A DNA stretch of 64,000 nt from Auanema rhodensis (lineage: Eukaryota; Animalia; Nematoda), in NCBI GenBank assembly GCA_964057225.1, contig OZ059900.1, positions 1,178,001-1,242,000 of the forward strand. The letters run 5' to 3'. A program made the position numbers and the translations under genes. This document shows, one piece after another, positions 13,057-27,700 of this stretch; the first letter of the stretch is position 1, and every line of letters starts with the position of its first letter. The notes beneath the pieces were generated by a model that was not told the DNA's origin, ran no database searches, and saw only the letters and a program-made list of their open reading frames with translations.

Positions 13057-15488
13057 TCAAACACACAATACACGAAATAAGTTTATTTTTACGAGTTTGC
13101 ACTGATATTTATTCATTTTGATCAAAAAAGGTCGAAAATAGAAAGAATTTTTGAAATTTCCGAGTTTTGAGTCTAATTTGGCTAATTCGCTCATATATAT
13201 GATCAAAAGCATAGTTTTATTGTCTATGACAACAAAAGTTATCAATTAAACGCTAGTGATGTTTAAATACTGAATTTCGCTCAAATAGCATTACTACACT
13301 AAGTATGGTCGTTTTTATGCCTTTAACACCATATACTCACCGATTTTTGGTACAAAATCTGTAATACTCGTAAATTTTGATCATATTCGTTAAGATTTGA
13401 GAATCAAACATACAATACACAAAATCAGTCTATTTTTATGAGCTTGCACTGATATATATTCATTTTGATCAAAAAAGGTCGAAAATAGAAAGAATTTTTG
13501 AAATTTACGAGTTTTGAGTCTAATTTGGCTAAATCGCTCATATATATGATCAGAAGCATAGTTTTATTGTCTATGACAACAAAAGTCATTAATTAAACAC
13601 TAATGATGTTTAAATCACTAAATTTCGCTCAAATAGCATTACTACACTAAGTATGGTCGTTTTTATGCCTTTAACACCATATACTCACCGATTTTTGGTA
13701 CAAAATCTGTAATACTTGTAAATTTTGATCATATTCGTTAAGATTCGAGAATCAAACACATAATACACGAAATAAGTCTATTTTTATGAGTTTGCACTGA
13801 TATTTATTCATTTTGATCAAAAAAGGTCGAAAATAGAAAGAATTTTTGAAATTTCCGAGTTTTGAGTCTAATTTGGCTAAATCGCTCATATATATGATCA
13901 AAAGCATAGTTTTACTGTCTATGATAACAAAAGTCTTCAAATATACACTAATAATGTGTAAATCACTGAATTTCACTCAAATAGCTTTACTACACTAAGT
14001 ATGGTCGTTTTTATGCCTTTAAAACCATATACTCACCGATTTTTGGTACAAAATCTGTAATACTTGTAAATTTTGATCATATTCGTTAAGATTCGAAAAT
14101 CAAACACATAATACACGAAATAAGTCTATTTTTACAAGTTTGCACTGATATTTATTCATTTTGATCAAAAAAGATCGAAAATAGAAAGAATTTTTGAAAT
14201 TTCCGAGTTTTGAGTCCAATTTGGCTAAATCGCTCATATATATGATCAAAAGCATAGTTTTATTGTCTATAACAACAAAAGTCATCAATTAAACGCTAGT
14301 GATGTTTAAATACTGAATTTCACTCAAATAGCATTACTACACTAAGTATGGTCGTTTTTATGCCTTTAACACCATATACTCACCGATTTTTGGTACAAAA
14401 TCTGTGATACTCGTAAATTTTGATCATATTCGGTGAGATTCGAGAATCAAACACCCAATACACGAAATAAGTTTATTTTTACGAGTTTGCACTGATATTT
14501 ATTCATTTTGATCAAAAAAGGTCGAAAATAGAAAGAATTTTTGAAATTTCCGAGTTTTGAGTCTAATTTGGCTAAATCGCTCATATATATGATCAGAAGC
14601 ATAGTTTTATTGTCTATGACAACAAAAGTCATTAATTAAACACTAATGATGTTTAAATCACTAAATTTCGCTCAAATAGCATTACTACACTAAGTATGGT
14701 CGTTTTTATGCCTTTAACACCATATACTCACCGATTTTTGGTAAAAATCTGTAATACTTGTAAATTTTGATCATATTCGTTAAGATTCGAGAATCAAACA
14801 CATAATACACGAAATAAGTCTATTTTTATGAGTTTGCACTGATATTTATTCATTTTGATCAAAAAAGGTCGAAAATAGAAAGAATTTTTGAATTTTCCGA
14901 GTTTTGAGTCCAATTGGGCTAAATCGCTCATATATATGATCAAAAGCATAGTTTTACTGTCTATGATAACAAAAGTCTTCAAATATACACTAATAATGTG
15001 TAAATCACTGAATTTCACTCAAATAGCTTTACTACACTAAGTATGGTCGTGTTTATGCCTTTAACACCATATACTCACCGATTTTTGGTACAAAATCTGT
15101 GATACTCGTAAATTTTGATCATATTCGGTGAGATTCGAGAATCAAACACACAATACACGAAATAAGTTTATTTTTACGAGTTTGCACTGATATTTATTCA
15201 TTTTGATCAAAAAAGGTCGAAAATTGAAAGAATTTTTGAAATTTCCGAGTTTTGAGTCTAATTTGGCTAAATTGCTCATATATATGATCAAAAGCATAGT
15301 TTTATTGTCTATGACAACAAAAGTCATCAATTAAACGCTAGTGATGTTTAAATACTGAATTTCGCTCAAATAGCATTACTACACTAAGTATGGTCGTTTT
15401 TATGCCTTTAACACCATATACTCACCGATTTTTGGTACAAAATCTGTAATACTTGTAAATTTTGATCATATTCGTTAAGATTCGAGAA

Positions 15489-18264
15489 TCAAACACATAA
15501 TACACGAAATAAGTCTATTTTTACAAGTTTGCACTGATATTTATTCATTTTGATCAAAAAAGATCGAAAATAGAAAGAATTTTTGAAATTTCCGAGTTTT
15601 GAGTCCAATTTGGCTAAATCGCTCATATATATGATCAAAGGCATAGTTTTATTGTCTATAACAACAAAAGTCATCAATTAAACGCTAGTGATGTTTAAAT
15701 ACTGAATTTCACTCAAATAGCATTACTACACTAAGTATGGTCGTTTTTATGCCTTTAACACCATATACTCACCGATTTTTGGTACAAAATCTGTGATACT
15801 CGTAAATTTTGATCATATTCGGTGAGATTCGAGAATCAAACACACAATACACGAAATAAGTTTATTTTTACGAGTTTGCACTGATATTTATTCATTTTGA
15901 TCAAAAAAGGTCGAAAATTGAAAGAATTTTTGAAATTTCCGAGTTTTGAGTCTAATTTGGCTAAATCGCTCATATATATGATCAGAAGCATAGTTTTATT
16001 GTCTATGACAAAAAAAATCATCAATTAAACGCTAGTGATGTTTAAATTCTGATTTTCGCTCAAATAGCATTACTACACTAAGTATGGTCGTTTTTATGCC
16101 TTTAACACCATATACTCACCGATTTTTGGTACAAAATCTGTAATACTTGTAAATTTTGATCATATTCGTTAAGATTCGAGAATCAAACACATAATACACG
16201 AAATAAGTCTATTTTTACAAGTTTGCACTGATATTTATTCATTTTGATCAAAAAAGATCGAAAATAGAAAGAATTTTTGAAATTTCCGAGTTTTGAGTCC
16301 AATTTGGCTAAATCGCTCATATATATGATCAAAAGCATAGTTTTATTGTCTATAACAACAAAAGTCATCAATTAAACGCTAGTGATGTTTAAATACTGAA
16401 TTTCACTCAAATAGCATTACTACACTAAGTATGGTCGTTTTTATGCCTTTAACACCATATACTCACCGATTTTTGGTACAAAATCTGTGATACTCGTAAA
16501 TTTTGATCATATTCGGTGAGATTCGAGAATCAAACACACAATACACGAAATAAGTTTATTTTTACGAGTTTGCACTGATATTTATTCATTTTGATCAAAA
16601 AAGGTCGAAAATAGAAAGAATTTTTGAAATTTCCGAGTTTTGAGTCTAATTTGGCTAAATTGCTCATATATATGATCAAAAGCATAGTTTTATTGTCTAT
16701 GACAACAAAAGTCATCAATTAAACGCTAGTGATGTTTAAATACTGAATTTCGCTCAAATAGCATTACTACACTAAGTATGGTCGTTTTTATGCCTTTAAC
16801 ACCATATACTCACCGATTTTTGGTACAAAATCTGTAATACTTGTAAATTTTGATCATATTCGTTAAGATTCGAGAATCAAACACATAATACACGAAATAA
16901 GTCTATTTTTACAAGTTTGCACTGATATTTATTCATTTTGATCAAAAAAGATCGAAAATAGAAAGAATTTTTGAAATTTCCGAGTTTTGAGTCCAATTTG
17001 GCTAAATCGCTCATATATATGATCAAAGGCATAGTTTTATTGTCTATAACAACAAAAGTCATCAATTAAACGCTAGTGATGTTTAAATACTGAATTTCAC
17101 TCAAATAGCATTACTACACTAAGTATGGTCGTTTTTATGCCTTTAACACCATATACTCACCGATTTTTGGTACAAAATCTGTGATACTCGTAAATTTTGA
17201 TCATATTCGGTGAGATTCGAGAATCAAACACACAATACACGAAATAAGTTTATTTTTACGAGTTTGCACTGATATTTATTCATTTTGATCAAAAAAGGTC
17301 GAAAATTGAAAGAATTTTTGAAATTTCCGAGTTTTGAGTCTAATTTGGCTAAATCGCTCATATATATGATCAGAAGCATAGTTTTATTGTCTATGACAAA
17401 AAAAATCATCAATTAAACGCTAGTGATGTTTAAATTCTGATTTTCGCTCAAATAGCATTACTACACTAAGTATGGTCGTTTTTATGCCTTTAACACCATA
17501 TACTCACCGATTTTTGGTACAAAATCTGTAATACTTGTAAATTTTGATCATATTCGTTAAGATTCGAGAATCAAACACATAATACACGAAATAAGTCTAT
17601 TTTTACAAGTTTGCACTGATATTTATTCATTTTGATCAAAAAAGATCGAAAATAGAAAGAATTTTTGAAATTTCCGAGTTTTGAGTCCAATTTGGCTAAA
17701 TCGCTCATATATATGATCAAAAGCATAGTTTTATTGTCTATAACAACAAAAGTCATCAATTAAACGCTAGTGATGTTTAAATACTGAATTTCACTCAAAT
17801 AGCATTACTACACTAAGTATGGTCGTTTTTATGCCTTTAACACCATATACTCACCGATTTTTGGTACAAAATCTGTGATACTCGTAAATTTTGATCATAT
17901 TCGGTGAGATTCGAGAATCAAACACACAATACACGAAATAAGTTTATTTTTACGAGTTTGCACTGATATTTATTCATTTTGATCAAAAAAGGTCGAAAAT
18001 AGAAAGAATTTTTGAAATTTCCGAGTTTTGAGTCTAATTTGGCTAAATTGCTCATATATATGATCAAAAGCATAGTTTTATTGTCTATGACAACAAAAGT
18101 CATCAATTAAACGCTAGTGATGTTTAAATACTGAATTTCGCTCAAATAGCATTACTACACTAAGTATGGTCGTTTTTATGCCTTTAACACCATATACTCA
18201 CCGATTTTTGGTACAAAATCTGTAATACTCGTAAATTTTGATCATATTCGTTAAGATTTGAGAA
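15489..18264. repeat. Tandem 4-monomer duplication (1388 bp x2)
   Basis: Identical ORF barcodes at 15489/16877, 15836/17224, 16183/17571 and 16530/17918, all offset by 1388. Confidence 0.88.
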
Positions 18265-21200
18265 TCAAACATACAATACACAAAATCAGTCTATTTTTAT
18301 GAGCTTGCACTGATATATATTCATTTTGATCAAAAAAGGTCGAAAATAGAAAGAATTTTTGAAATTTACGAGTTTTGAGTCCAATTGGGCTAAATCGCTC
18401 ATATATATGATCAAAAGCATAGTTTTACTGTCTATGATAACAAAAGTCTTCAAATATACACTAATAATGTGTAAATCACTGAATTTCACTCAAATAGCTT
18501 TACTACACTAAGTATGTTCGTTTTTATGCCTTTAACACCATATACTCACCGATTTTTGGTACAAAATCTGTAATACTCGTAAATTTTGATCATATTCGTT
18601 AAGATTTGAGAATCAAACATACAATACACAAAATCAGTCTATTTTTATGAGCTTGCACTGATATATATTCATTTTGATCAAAAAAGGTCGAAAATAGAAA
18701 GAATTTTTGAAATTTCCGAGTTTTGAGTCTAATTTGGCTAAATCGCTCATATATATGATCAAAAGCATAGTTTTACTGTCTATGATAACAAAAGTCTTCA
18801 AATATACACTAATAATGTGTAAATCACTGAATTTCACTCAAATAGCTTTACTACACTAAGTATGGTCGTTTTTATGCCTTTAAAACCATATACTCACCGA
18901 TTTTTGGTACAAAATCTGTAATACTTGTAAATTTTGATCATATTCGTTAAGATTTGAAAATCAAACATACAATACACAAAATCAGTCTATTTTTATGAGC
19001 TTGCACTGATATATATTCATTTTGATCAAAAAAGGTCGAAAATAGAAAGAATTTTTGAAATTTCCGAGTTTTGAGTCTAATTGGGCTAAATCGCTCATAT
19101 ATATGATCAAAAGCATAGTTTTACTGTCTGTGATAACAAAAGTCTTCAAATATACACTAATAATGTGTAAATCACTGAATTTCACTCAAATAGCTTTACT
19201 ACACTAAGTATGGTCGTTTTTATGCCTTTAACACCATATACTCACCGATTTTTGGTACAAAATCTGTAATACTCGTAAATTTTGAACATATTCGTTAAGA
19301 TTTGAGAATCAAACATACAATACACAAAATCAGTCTATTTTTATGAGCTTGCACTGATATATATTCATTTTGATCAAAAAAGGTCGAAAATAGAAAGAAT
19401 TTTTGAAATTTCCGAGTTTTGAGTCTAATTTGGCTAAATCGCTCATATATATGATCAGAAGCATAGTTTTATTGTCTATGACAACAAAAGTCATTAATTA
19501 AACACTAATGATGTTTAAATCACTAAATTTCGCTCAAATAGCATTACTACACTAAGTATGGTCGTTTTTATGCCTTTAACACCATATACTCACCGATTTT
19601 TGGTACAAAATCTGTGATACTCGTAAATTTTGATCATATTCGGTGAGATTCGAGAATCAAACACACAATACACGAAATAAGTTTATTTTTACGAGTTTGC
19701 ACTGATATTTATTCATTTTGATCAAAAAAGGTCGAAAATAGAAAGAATTTTTGAAATTTCCGAGTTTTGAGTCTAATTTGGCTAATTCGCTCATATATAT
19801 GATCAAAAGCATAGCTTTATTGTCTATGACAACAAAAGTTATCAATTAAACGCTAGTGATGTTTAAATACTGAATTTCGCTCAAATAGCATTACTACACT
19901 AAGTATGGTCGTTTTTATGCCTTTAACACCATATACTCACCGATTTTTGGTACAAAATCTGTAATACTCGTAAATTTTGATCATATTCGTTAAGATTTGA
20001 GAATCAAACATACAATACACAAAATCAGTCTATTTTTATGAGCTTGCACTGATATATATTCATTTTGATCAAAAAAGGTCGAAAATAGAAAGAATTTTTG
20101 AAATTTACGAGTTTTGAGTCTAATTTGGCTAAATCGCTCATATATATGATCAGAAGCATAGTTTTATTGTCTATGACAACAAAAGTCATTAATTAAACAC
20201 TAATGATGTTTAAATCACTAAATTTCGCTCAAATAGCATTACTACACTAAGTATGGTCGTTTTTATGCCTTTAACACCATATACTCACCGATTTTTGGTA
20301 CAAAATCTGTAATACTTGTAAATTTTGATCATATTCGTTAAGATTCGAGAATCAAACACATAATACACGAAATAAGTCTATTTTTATGAGTTTGCACTGA
20401 TATTTATTCATTTTGATCAAAAAAGGTCGAAAATAGAAAGAATTTTTGAAATTTCCGAGTTTTGAGTCTAATTTGGCTAAATCGCTCATATATATGATCA
20501 AAAGCATAGTTTTACTGTCTATGATAACAAAAGTCTTCAAATATACACTAATAATGTGTAAATCACTGAATTTCACTCAAATAGCTTTACTACACTAAGT
20601 ATGGTCGTTTTTATGCCTTTAAAACCATATACTCACCGATTTTTGGTACAAAATCTGTAATACTTGTAAATTTTGATCATATTCGTTAAGATTCGAAAAT
20701 CAAACACATAATACACGAAATAAGTCTATTTTTACAAGTTTGCACTGATATTTATTCATTTTGATCAAAAAAGATCGAAAATAGAAAGAATTTTTGAAAT
20801 TTCCGAGTTTTGAGTCCAATTTGGCTAAATCGCTCATATATATGATCAAAAGCATAGTTTTATTGTCTATAACAACAAAAGTCATCAATTAAACGCTAGT
20901 GATGTTTAAATACTGAATTTCACTCAAATAGCATTACTACACTAAGTATGGTCGTTTTTATGCCTTTAACACCATATACTCACCGATTTTTGGTACAAAA
21001 TCTGTGATACTCGTAAATTTTGATCATATTCGGTGAGATTCGAGAATCAAACACCCAATACACGAAATAAGTTTATTTTTACGAGTTTGCACTGATATTT
21101 ATTCATTTTGATCAAAAAAGGTCGAAAATAGAAAGAATTTTTGAAATTTCCGAGTTTTGAGTCTAATTTGGCTAAATCGCTCATATATATGATCAGAAGC

Positions 21201-21700
21201 ATAGTTTTATTGTCTATGACAACAAAAGTCATTAATTAAACACTAATGATGTTTAAATCACTAAATTTCGCTCAAATAGCATTACTACACTAAGTATGGT
21301 CGTTTTTATGCCTTTAACACCATATACTCACCGATTTTTGGTACAAAATCTGTAATACTTGTAAATTTTGATCATATTCGTTAAGATTCGAGAATCAAAC
21401 ACATAATACACGAAATAAGTCTATTTTTATGAGTTTGCACTGATATTTATTCATTTTGATCAAAAAAGGTCGAAAATAGAAAGAATTTTTGAATTTTCCG
21501 AGTTTTGAGTCCAATTGGGCTAAATCGCTCATATATATGATCAAAAGCATAGTTTTACTGTCTATGATAACAAAAGTCTTCAAATATACACTAATAATGT
21601 GTAAATCACTGAATTTCACTCAAATAGCTTTACTACACTAAGTATGGTCGTGTTTATGCCTTTAACACCATATACTCACCGATTTTTGGTACAAAATCTG
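16877..21700. repeat. About 14-monomer block copy of 10277-15100 (offset 6600 bp)
   Basis: Shared rare variants GATTTGAAAA (12351/18951), ATTCGAAAAT (14091/20691), ACACCCAATA (14451/21051) and GTCGTGTTTA (about 15046/21647). Confidence 0.9.
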
Positions 21701-24700
21701 TAATACTTGTAAATTTTGATCATTTTCGTTAAGATTCAAGAATCAAACACATAATACACGAAATAAGTCTATTTTTACAAGTTTGCACTGATATTTATTC
21801 ATTTTGATCAAAAAAGATCGAAAATAGAAAGAATTTTTGAAATTTCCGAGTTTTGAGTCCAATTTGGCTAAATCGCTCATATATATGATCAAAAGCATAG
21901 TTTTATTGTCTATAACAACAAAAGTCATCAATTAAACGCTAGTGATGTTTTAATACTGAATTTCGCTCAAATAGCATTACTACACTAAGTATGGTCGTTT
22001 TTATGCCTTTAACACCATATACTCACCGATTTTTGGTACAAAATCTGTGATACTCGTAAATTTTGATCATATTCGGTGAGATTCGAGAATCAAACACACA
22101 ATACACGAAATGAGTTTATTTTGACGAGTTTGCACTGATATTTATTCATTTTGATCAAAAAAGGTCGAAAATAGAAAGAATTTTTGAAATTTCCGAGTTT
22201 TGAGTCTAATTTGGCTAAATCGCTCATATATATGATCAGAAGCATAGTTTTATTGTCTATGACAACAAAAATCATCAATTAAACGCTAGTGATGTTTAAA
22301 TACTGATTTTCGCTCAAATAGCATTACTACACTAAGTATGGTCGTTTTTATGCCTTTAACACCATATACTCACCGATTTTTGGTACAAAATCTGTAATAC
22401 TTGTAAATTTTGATTATATTCGTTAAGATTTGAGAATCAAACACATAATACACGAAATAAGTCTTTTTTTTACAAGTTTGCACTGATATTTATTCATTTT
22501 GATCAAAAAAGATCGAAAATAGAAAGAATTTTTGAAATTTCCGAGTTTTGAGTCCAATTTGGCTAAATCGCTCATATATATGATCGAAAGCATAGTTTTA
22601 TTGTCTATGACAACAAAAGTCATTAATTAAACACTAATGATGTTTAAATACTGATTTTCGCTCAAATAGCATTACTACACTAAGTATGGTCGTTTTTATA
22701 CCTTCAACACCATATACTCACCGATTTTTGGTACAAAATCTGTGATACTCGTAAATTTCGATCATATTCGTTAAGATTTGAGAATCAAACACACAATACA
22801 CGAAATGAGTTTATTTTCACGAGTTTGCACTGATATTTATTCATTTTGATCAAAAAAGGTCGAAAATAGAAAGAATTTTTGAATTTTCCGAGTTTTGAGT
22901 CCAATTGGGCTAAATCGCTCATATATATGATCAAAAGCATAGTTTTACTGTCTATGATAACAAAAGTCTTCAAATATACACTAGTAATGATTAAATCACT
23001 GAATTTCACTCAAATAGCATTACTACACTAAGTATGGTCGTTTTTATGCCTTTAACACCATATACTCACCGATTTTTGGTACAAAATCTGTGATACTCGT
23101 AAATTTTGATCATATTCGGTGAAATTCGAGAATCAAACACACAATACACGAAATAAGTTTATTTTTATGAGTTTGCACTGATATATATTCATTTTGATCA
23201 AAAAAGGTCGAAAATAGAAAGAATTTTTGAAATTTCCGAGTTTTGAGTCTAATTTGGCTAAATCGCTCATATATATGATCAGAAGCATAGTTTTATTGTC
23301 TATGACAACAAAAATCATCAATTAAACGCTAGTGATGTTTAAATACTGATTTTCGCTCAAATAGCATTACTACACTAAGTATGGTCGTTTTTATGCCTTT
23401 AACACCATATACTCACCGATTTTTGGTACAAAATCTGTAATACTTGTAAATTTTGATCATATTCGTTAAGATTCAAGAATCAAACACATAATACACGAAA
23501 TAAGTCTATTTTTACAAGTTTGCACTGATATTTATTCATTTTGATCAAAAAAGATCGAAAATAGAAAGAATTTTTGAAATTTCCGAGTTTTGAGTCTAAT
23601 TTGGCTAAATCGCTCATATATATGATCAAAAGCATAGTTTTATTGTCTATGACAACCAAAATCATCAATTAAACGCTAGTGATGTTTAAATACTGATTTT
23701 CGCTCAAATAGCATTACTACACTAAGTATGGTCGTTTTTATGCCTTTAACACCATATACTCACCGATTTTTGGTACAAAATCTGTGATACTCGTAAATTT
23801 TGATCATATTCGGTGAGATTCGAGAATCAAACACATAATACACGAAATAAGTCTATTTTTACAAGTTTGCACTGATATTTATTCATTTTGATCAAAAAAG
23901 ATCGAAAATAGAAAGATTTTTTGAAATTTCCGAGTTTTGAGTCTAATTTGGCTAAATCGCTCATATATATGATCAAAAACATAGTTTTTTTGTCTATAAC
24001 AACAAAAGTCATCAATTAAACGCTAGTGATGTTTAAATACTGAATTTCGCTCAAATAGCATTACTACACTATGTATGGTCGTTTTTATGCCTTTAACACC
24101 ATATACTCACCGATTTTTGGTACAAAATCTGTAATACTTGTAAATTTTGATCATATTCGTTAAGATTCAAGAATCAAACACATAATACACGAAATAAGTC
24201 TATTTTTACAAGTTTGCACTGATATTTATTCATTTTGATCAAAAAAGATCGAAAATAGAAAGAATTTTTGAAATTTCCGAGTTTTGAGTCTAATTTGGCT
24301 AAATCGCTCATATATATGATCAAAAGCATAGTTTTATTGTCTATGACAACAAAAATCATCAATTAAACGCTAGTGATGTTTAAATACTGATTTTCGCTCA
24401 AATAGCATTACTACACTAAGTATGGTCGTTTTTATGCCTTTAACACCATATACTCACCGATTTTTGGAACAAAATCTGTGATACTCGTAAATTTTGATCA
24501 TATTCGGTGAGATTCGAGAATCAAACACATAATACACGAAATAAGTCTATTTTTACAAGTTTGCACTGATATTTATTCATTTTGATCAAAAAAGATCGAA
24601 AATAGAAAGATTTTTTGAAATTTCCGAGTTTTGAGTCTAATTTGGCTAAATCGCTCATATATATGATCAGAAGCAGAGATGTATTGTCTATGACAACAAA

Positions 24701-27700
24701 AGTCATTGATTGAACACTAATGATGTTTAAATCACTGAATTTCGCTCAAATAGCATTACTACACTAAGGATGGTCGTTTTTATGCCTTTAACACCATATA
24801 CTCACCGATTTTTGGTACAAAATCTGTAATACTTGTAAATTTCGATCATATTCGTTAAGATTTGAGAATCAAACACACAATACACGAAATAAGTTTATTT
24901 TGACGAGTTTGCACTGATATTTATTCATTTTGATCAAAAAAGGTCGAAAATAGAAAGAATTTTTGAAATTTCCGAGTTTTGAGTCTAATTTGGCTAAATC
25001 GCTCATCTATATGATCAGAAGCATAGTTTTATTGTCTATGACAACAAAAGTCATTGATTGAACACTAATGATGTTTAAATCACTGAATTTCGCTCAAATA
25101 GCATTACTACACTAAGGATGGTCGTTTTTATGCCTTTAACACCATATACTCACCGATTTTTGGTACAAAATCTGTAATACTTGTAAATTTCGATCATATT
25201 CGTTAAGATTTGAGAATCAAACACACAATACACGAAATGAGTTTATTTTCACGAGTTTGCACTGATATTTATTCATTTTGATCAAAAAAGGTCGAAAATA
25301 GAAAGAATTTTTGAATTTTCCGAGTTTTGAGTCCAATTGGGCTAAATCGCTCATATATATGATCAAAAGCATAGTTTTACTGTCTATGATAACAAAAGTC
25401 TTCAAATATACACTAGTAATGATTAAATCACTGAATTTCACTCAAATAGCATTACTACACTAAGTATGGTCGTTTTTATGCCTTTAACACCATATACTCA
25501 CCGATTTTTGGTACAAAATCTGTGATACTCGTAAATTTTGATCATATTCGGTGAGATTCGAGAATCAAACACACAATACACGAAATAAGTTTATTTTTAC
25601 GAGTTTGCACTGATATTTATTCATTTTGATCAAAAAAGGTCGAAAATAGAAAGAATTTTTGAAATTTCCGAGTTTTGAGTCTAATTTGGCTAATTCGCTC
25701 ATATATATGATCAAAAGCATAGTTTTATTGTCTATGACAACAAAAGTCATCAATTAAACGCTAGTGATGTTTAAATACTGAATTTCGCTCAAATAGCATT
25801 ACTACACTAAGTATGGTCGTTTTTATGCCTTTAACACCATATACTCACCGATTTTTGGTACAAAATCTGTAATACTCGTAAATTTTGATCATATTCGTTA
25901 AGATTTGAGAATCAAACATACAATACACAAAATCAGTCTATTTTTATGAGCTTGCACTGATATATATTCATTTTGATCAAAAAAGGTCGAAAATAGAAAG
26001 AATTTTTGAAATTTACGAGTTTTGAGTCTAATTTGGCTAAATCGCTCATATATATGATCAGAAGCATAGTTTTATTGTCTATGACAACAAAAGTCATTAA
26101 TTAAACACTAATGATGTTTAAATCACTAAATTTCGCTCAAATAGCATTACTACACTAAGTATGGTCGTTTTTATGCCTTTAACACCATATACTCACCGAT
26201 TTTTGGTACAAAATCTGTAATACTTGTAAATTTTGATCATATTCGTTAAGATTCGAGAATCAAACACATAATACACGAAATAAGTCTATTTTTATGAGTT
26301 TGCACTGATATTTATTCATTTTGATCAAAAAAGGTCGAAAATAGAAAGAATTTTTGAATTTTCCGAGTTTTGAGTCCAATTGGGCTAAATCGCTCATATA
26401 TATGATCAAAAGCATAGTTTTACTGTCTATGATAACAAAAGTCTTCAAATAGACACTAATAATGTGTAAATCACTGAATTTCACTCAAATAGCTTTACTA
26501 CACTAAGTATGGTCGTTTTTATGCCTTTAACACCATATACTCACCGATTTTTGGTACAAAATCTGTAATACTCGTAAATTTTGATCATATTCAGTAAGAT
26601 TTGAGAATCAAACATACAATACACAAAATCAGTCTATTTTTACAAGTTTGCACTGATATTTATTCATTTTGATCAAAAAAGATCGAAAATAGAAAGAATT
26701 TTTGAAATTTCCGAGTTTTGAGTCCAATTTGGCTAAATCGCTCATATATATGATCAAAAGCATAGTTTTATTGTCTATGACAACAAAAGTCATTAATTAA
26801 ACACTAATGATGTTCAAATCACTAAATTTCGCTCAAATAGCATTACTACACTAAGTATGGTCGTTTTTATGCCTTTAACACCATATACTCACCGATTTTT
26901 GGTACAAAATCTGTAATACTTGTAAATTTTGATCATATTCGTTAAGATTCGAGAATCAAACACATAATACACGAAATAAGTCTATTTTTACAAGTTTGCA
27001 CTGATATTTATTCATTTTGATCAAAAAAGATCGAAAATAGAAAGAATTTTTGAAATTTCCGAGTTTTGAGTCCAATTTGGCTAAATCGCTCATATATATG
27101 ATCAAAAGCATAGTTTTATTGTCTATAACAACAAAAGTCATCAATTAAACGCTAGTGATGTTTTAATACTGAATTTCGCTCAAATAGCATTACTACACTA
27201 AGTATGGTCGTTTTTATGCCTTTAACACCATATACTCACCGATTTTTGGTACAAAATCTGTGATACTCGTAAATTTTGATCATATTCGGTGAGATTCGAG
27301 AATCAAACACACAATACACGAAATAAGTTTATTTTGACGAGTTTGCACTGATATTTATTCATTTTGATCAAAAAAGGTCGAAAATAGAAAGATTTTTTGA
27401 AATTTCCGAGTTTTGAGTCTAATTTGGCTAAATCGCTCATATATATGATCAGAAGCAGAGATGTATTGTCTATGACAACAAAAGTCATTGATTGAACACT
27501 AATGATGTTTAAATCACTGAATTTCGCTCAAATAGCATTACTACACTAAGGATGGTCGTTTTTATGCCTTTAACACCATATACTCACCGATTTTTGGTAC
27601 AAAATCTGTAATACTTGTAAATTTCGATCATATTCGTTAAGATTTGAGAATCAAACACATAATACACGAAATAAGTCTTTTTTTACAAGTTTGCACTGAT

